Below are positions 45,160 through 46,441 of a DNA stretch of 46,441 bases, in pieces (the stretch's first letter is position 1; every line of letters begins with the position of its first letter). The notes under the pieces were generated by a model. It saw nothing but the letters and a program-made list of their open reading frames with translations. It was not told where the DNA came from and searched no databases. The stretch is from a virus (Duplodnaviria; Caudoviricetes): IMG/VR virus record IMGVR_UViG_3300011334_000309, positions 1 through 46,441 of that record; one strand, given 5' to 3'. A program made the position numbers and the translations under genes.

Positions 45160-46362
45160 ATGTTTAAAAATCCTATTCACAACCATTGGGATGAAGTCTT
45201 AGAAATCCTAAAAGAAAACGGAAATGATTATTCAGCTACTGCAAGACAAATTTACGGCAAGTACAATTACGACTTTACGGTAGATGCAGGAAGAAAAGCT
45301 ATTCGTGCAAGGCTTGTTACTAAAGCACACACAGGGTTAGAAGCAGAGTGCGAAGCTGTTGGTATTCCACTAGAAGATGTAAAGCACTACTGGCACAAAG
45401 GAGACCATTACTCTATTAATGTAAATGCAAAGAAAGAAACTGACTACGCACAAGCATTAGAAGATATACTTACAGGATATACTTTTGAAAAGAAAACCCC
45501 TACTCCTGCGAAGGCAACTACTCACAATCCAAAAGCGATTAAGGCTACACTGTCTGATATGCACGTTGGATTAAATCCAAACCCAAACAATAAATCTTTA
45601 TTTGGATACGAGTACAATGAAGAAATATTCAACGAGCACATTGATAGAGTAATTGAATCTGTGCTTAAAGAATACGCAAGCCATGGTGCATTTGACTTGC
45701 TACTTATTGATGATTTAGGTGATAGCCTTGATGGGTATAACGGGTTAACAACAAGAGGTGGACACAGCTTAGAGCAGAACATGACTAATGAGCAAGCATT
45801 TTCAACATACGTTAAGGGCAAGCTAAGATTAATCGAAACACTAATTGATGCAGGTGTAGCAGCTAGTTACGAAGTAAGAAACGTAACAGATTGCAATCAC
45901 TCTGGGTCGTTTGGTGCTATTGCCAACATCTCAATTAAGATGATACTTGAGCGTGTATACGAAAAGGATGTTGTTAAGTTTACGATACTTGAAAGGTTCA
46001 TGGAGCACTTTGAATATGGCGTACACACCTTTATTCTTACCCATGGCAAGGATAGCAAGTACATGTTTAAAGGACTGCCTTACACGCTAAATGATAAGAC
46101 TACAGCTTTCGTTAACGAGTACATTGACCATTACAATATCAATACTAAGTACATCCATCTTGAGAAAGGTGACTTGCACAGAATAGGATACGACAGAACA
46201 AAGAAGTTTGACTACCGTAACTTCATGGCATTCTCTCCACCATCAGCATGGGTACAAGGAAACTTTGGTGACGGCTACAGTGGTTTCTCATTGCAAGTTA
46301 TACCTAAGCATAATGGTGAGATACAACACACAGATTATTACTTCGACTTAAAAAAGAAATAA
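45160..46362 (+). CDS. Calcineurin-like metallophosphoesterase with an N-terminal HTH-like region
   Basis: SDMHVG, LGDSLDG, CNH, THG and GDLH motifs. Confidence 0.8.
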   Translation: MFKNPIHNHWDEVLEILKENGNDYSATARQIYGKYNYDFTVDAGRKAIRARLVTKAHTGLEAECEAVGIPLEDVKHYWHKGDHYSINVNAKKETDYAQALEDILTGYTFEKKTPTPAKATTHNPKAIKATLSDMHVGLNPNPNNKSLFGYEYNEEIFNEHIDRVIESVLKEYASHGAFDLLLIDDLGDSLDGYNGLTTRGGHSLEQNMTNEQAFSTYVKGKLRLIETLIDAGVAASYEVRNVTDCNHSGSFGAIANISIKMILERVYEKDVVKFTILERFMEHFEYGVHTFILTHGKDSKYMFKGLPYTLNDKTTAFVNEYIDHYNINTKYIHLEKGDLHRIGYDRTKKFDYRNFMAFSPPSAWVQGNFGDGYSGFSLQVIPKHNGEIQHTDYYFDLKKK

Positions 46363-46363
46363 C

Positions 46364-46441
46364 ATGGCTTGGAAGAAAAGTAAAGGCAGGTACAACATCA
46401 AGCCTAAGTGCGAAAGAATTTATAAGGGGATTGTTTATGAT
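46364..46441 (+). CDS. Partial ORF, possible DUF1064-like nuclease
   Basis: MAWKKSKGRYNIKP...YKGIVYD, cut by the window end. Confidence 0.4.
   Translation, partial: MAWKKSKGRYNIKPKCERIYKGIVYD

Noticed and set aside
1-46441. Genome-wide stop-codon reassignment as in some crAss-like phages
   Set aside because: Long genes are intact in the standard code, and TAA, TAG and TGA all end genes at tight junctions.

Overview
46 kb fragment of a podovirus-like dsDNA phage with a crAss-like morphogenesis module. It most likely infects a Bacteroidota host, given the TAnnTTTG promoters and A-rich leaders without Shine-Dalgarno sites. Positions 1-25845 (+) hold the terminase, portal, scaffold, major capsid, tail ring/stabilisation proteins, fibre cassettes and a lysis module. 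Positions 25870-33240 (-) hold many small early/host-takeover genes (DUF932, GP88-like, WYL/SH3-like). Positions 33240-34140 are a non-coding control region. Positions 34145-45033 (mostly -) carry small genes, tRNA-Gln, a tRNA-like RNA, a GIY-YIG endonuclease, a DnaA C-terminal domain protein and a primase-helicase, followed by a metallophosphoesterase (+). The most notable signals are (1) two 112-bp tandem early promoters, each with TGAT-N4-ATCA (CRP/FNR-type) boxes at about -41.5 and -73.5; (2) a near-consensus parS site plus two half-sites just upstream of them; (3) a promoter-linked tRNA-like RNA with a UUA anticodon; (4) a fibre-gene paralogue split by one in-frame TAG; and (5) a homing endonuclease that appears to have split a small gene and given it a new start. 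All product calls come from motif recognition and gene order, not from database searches.
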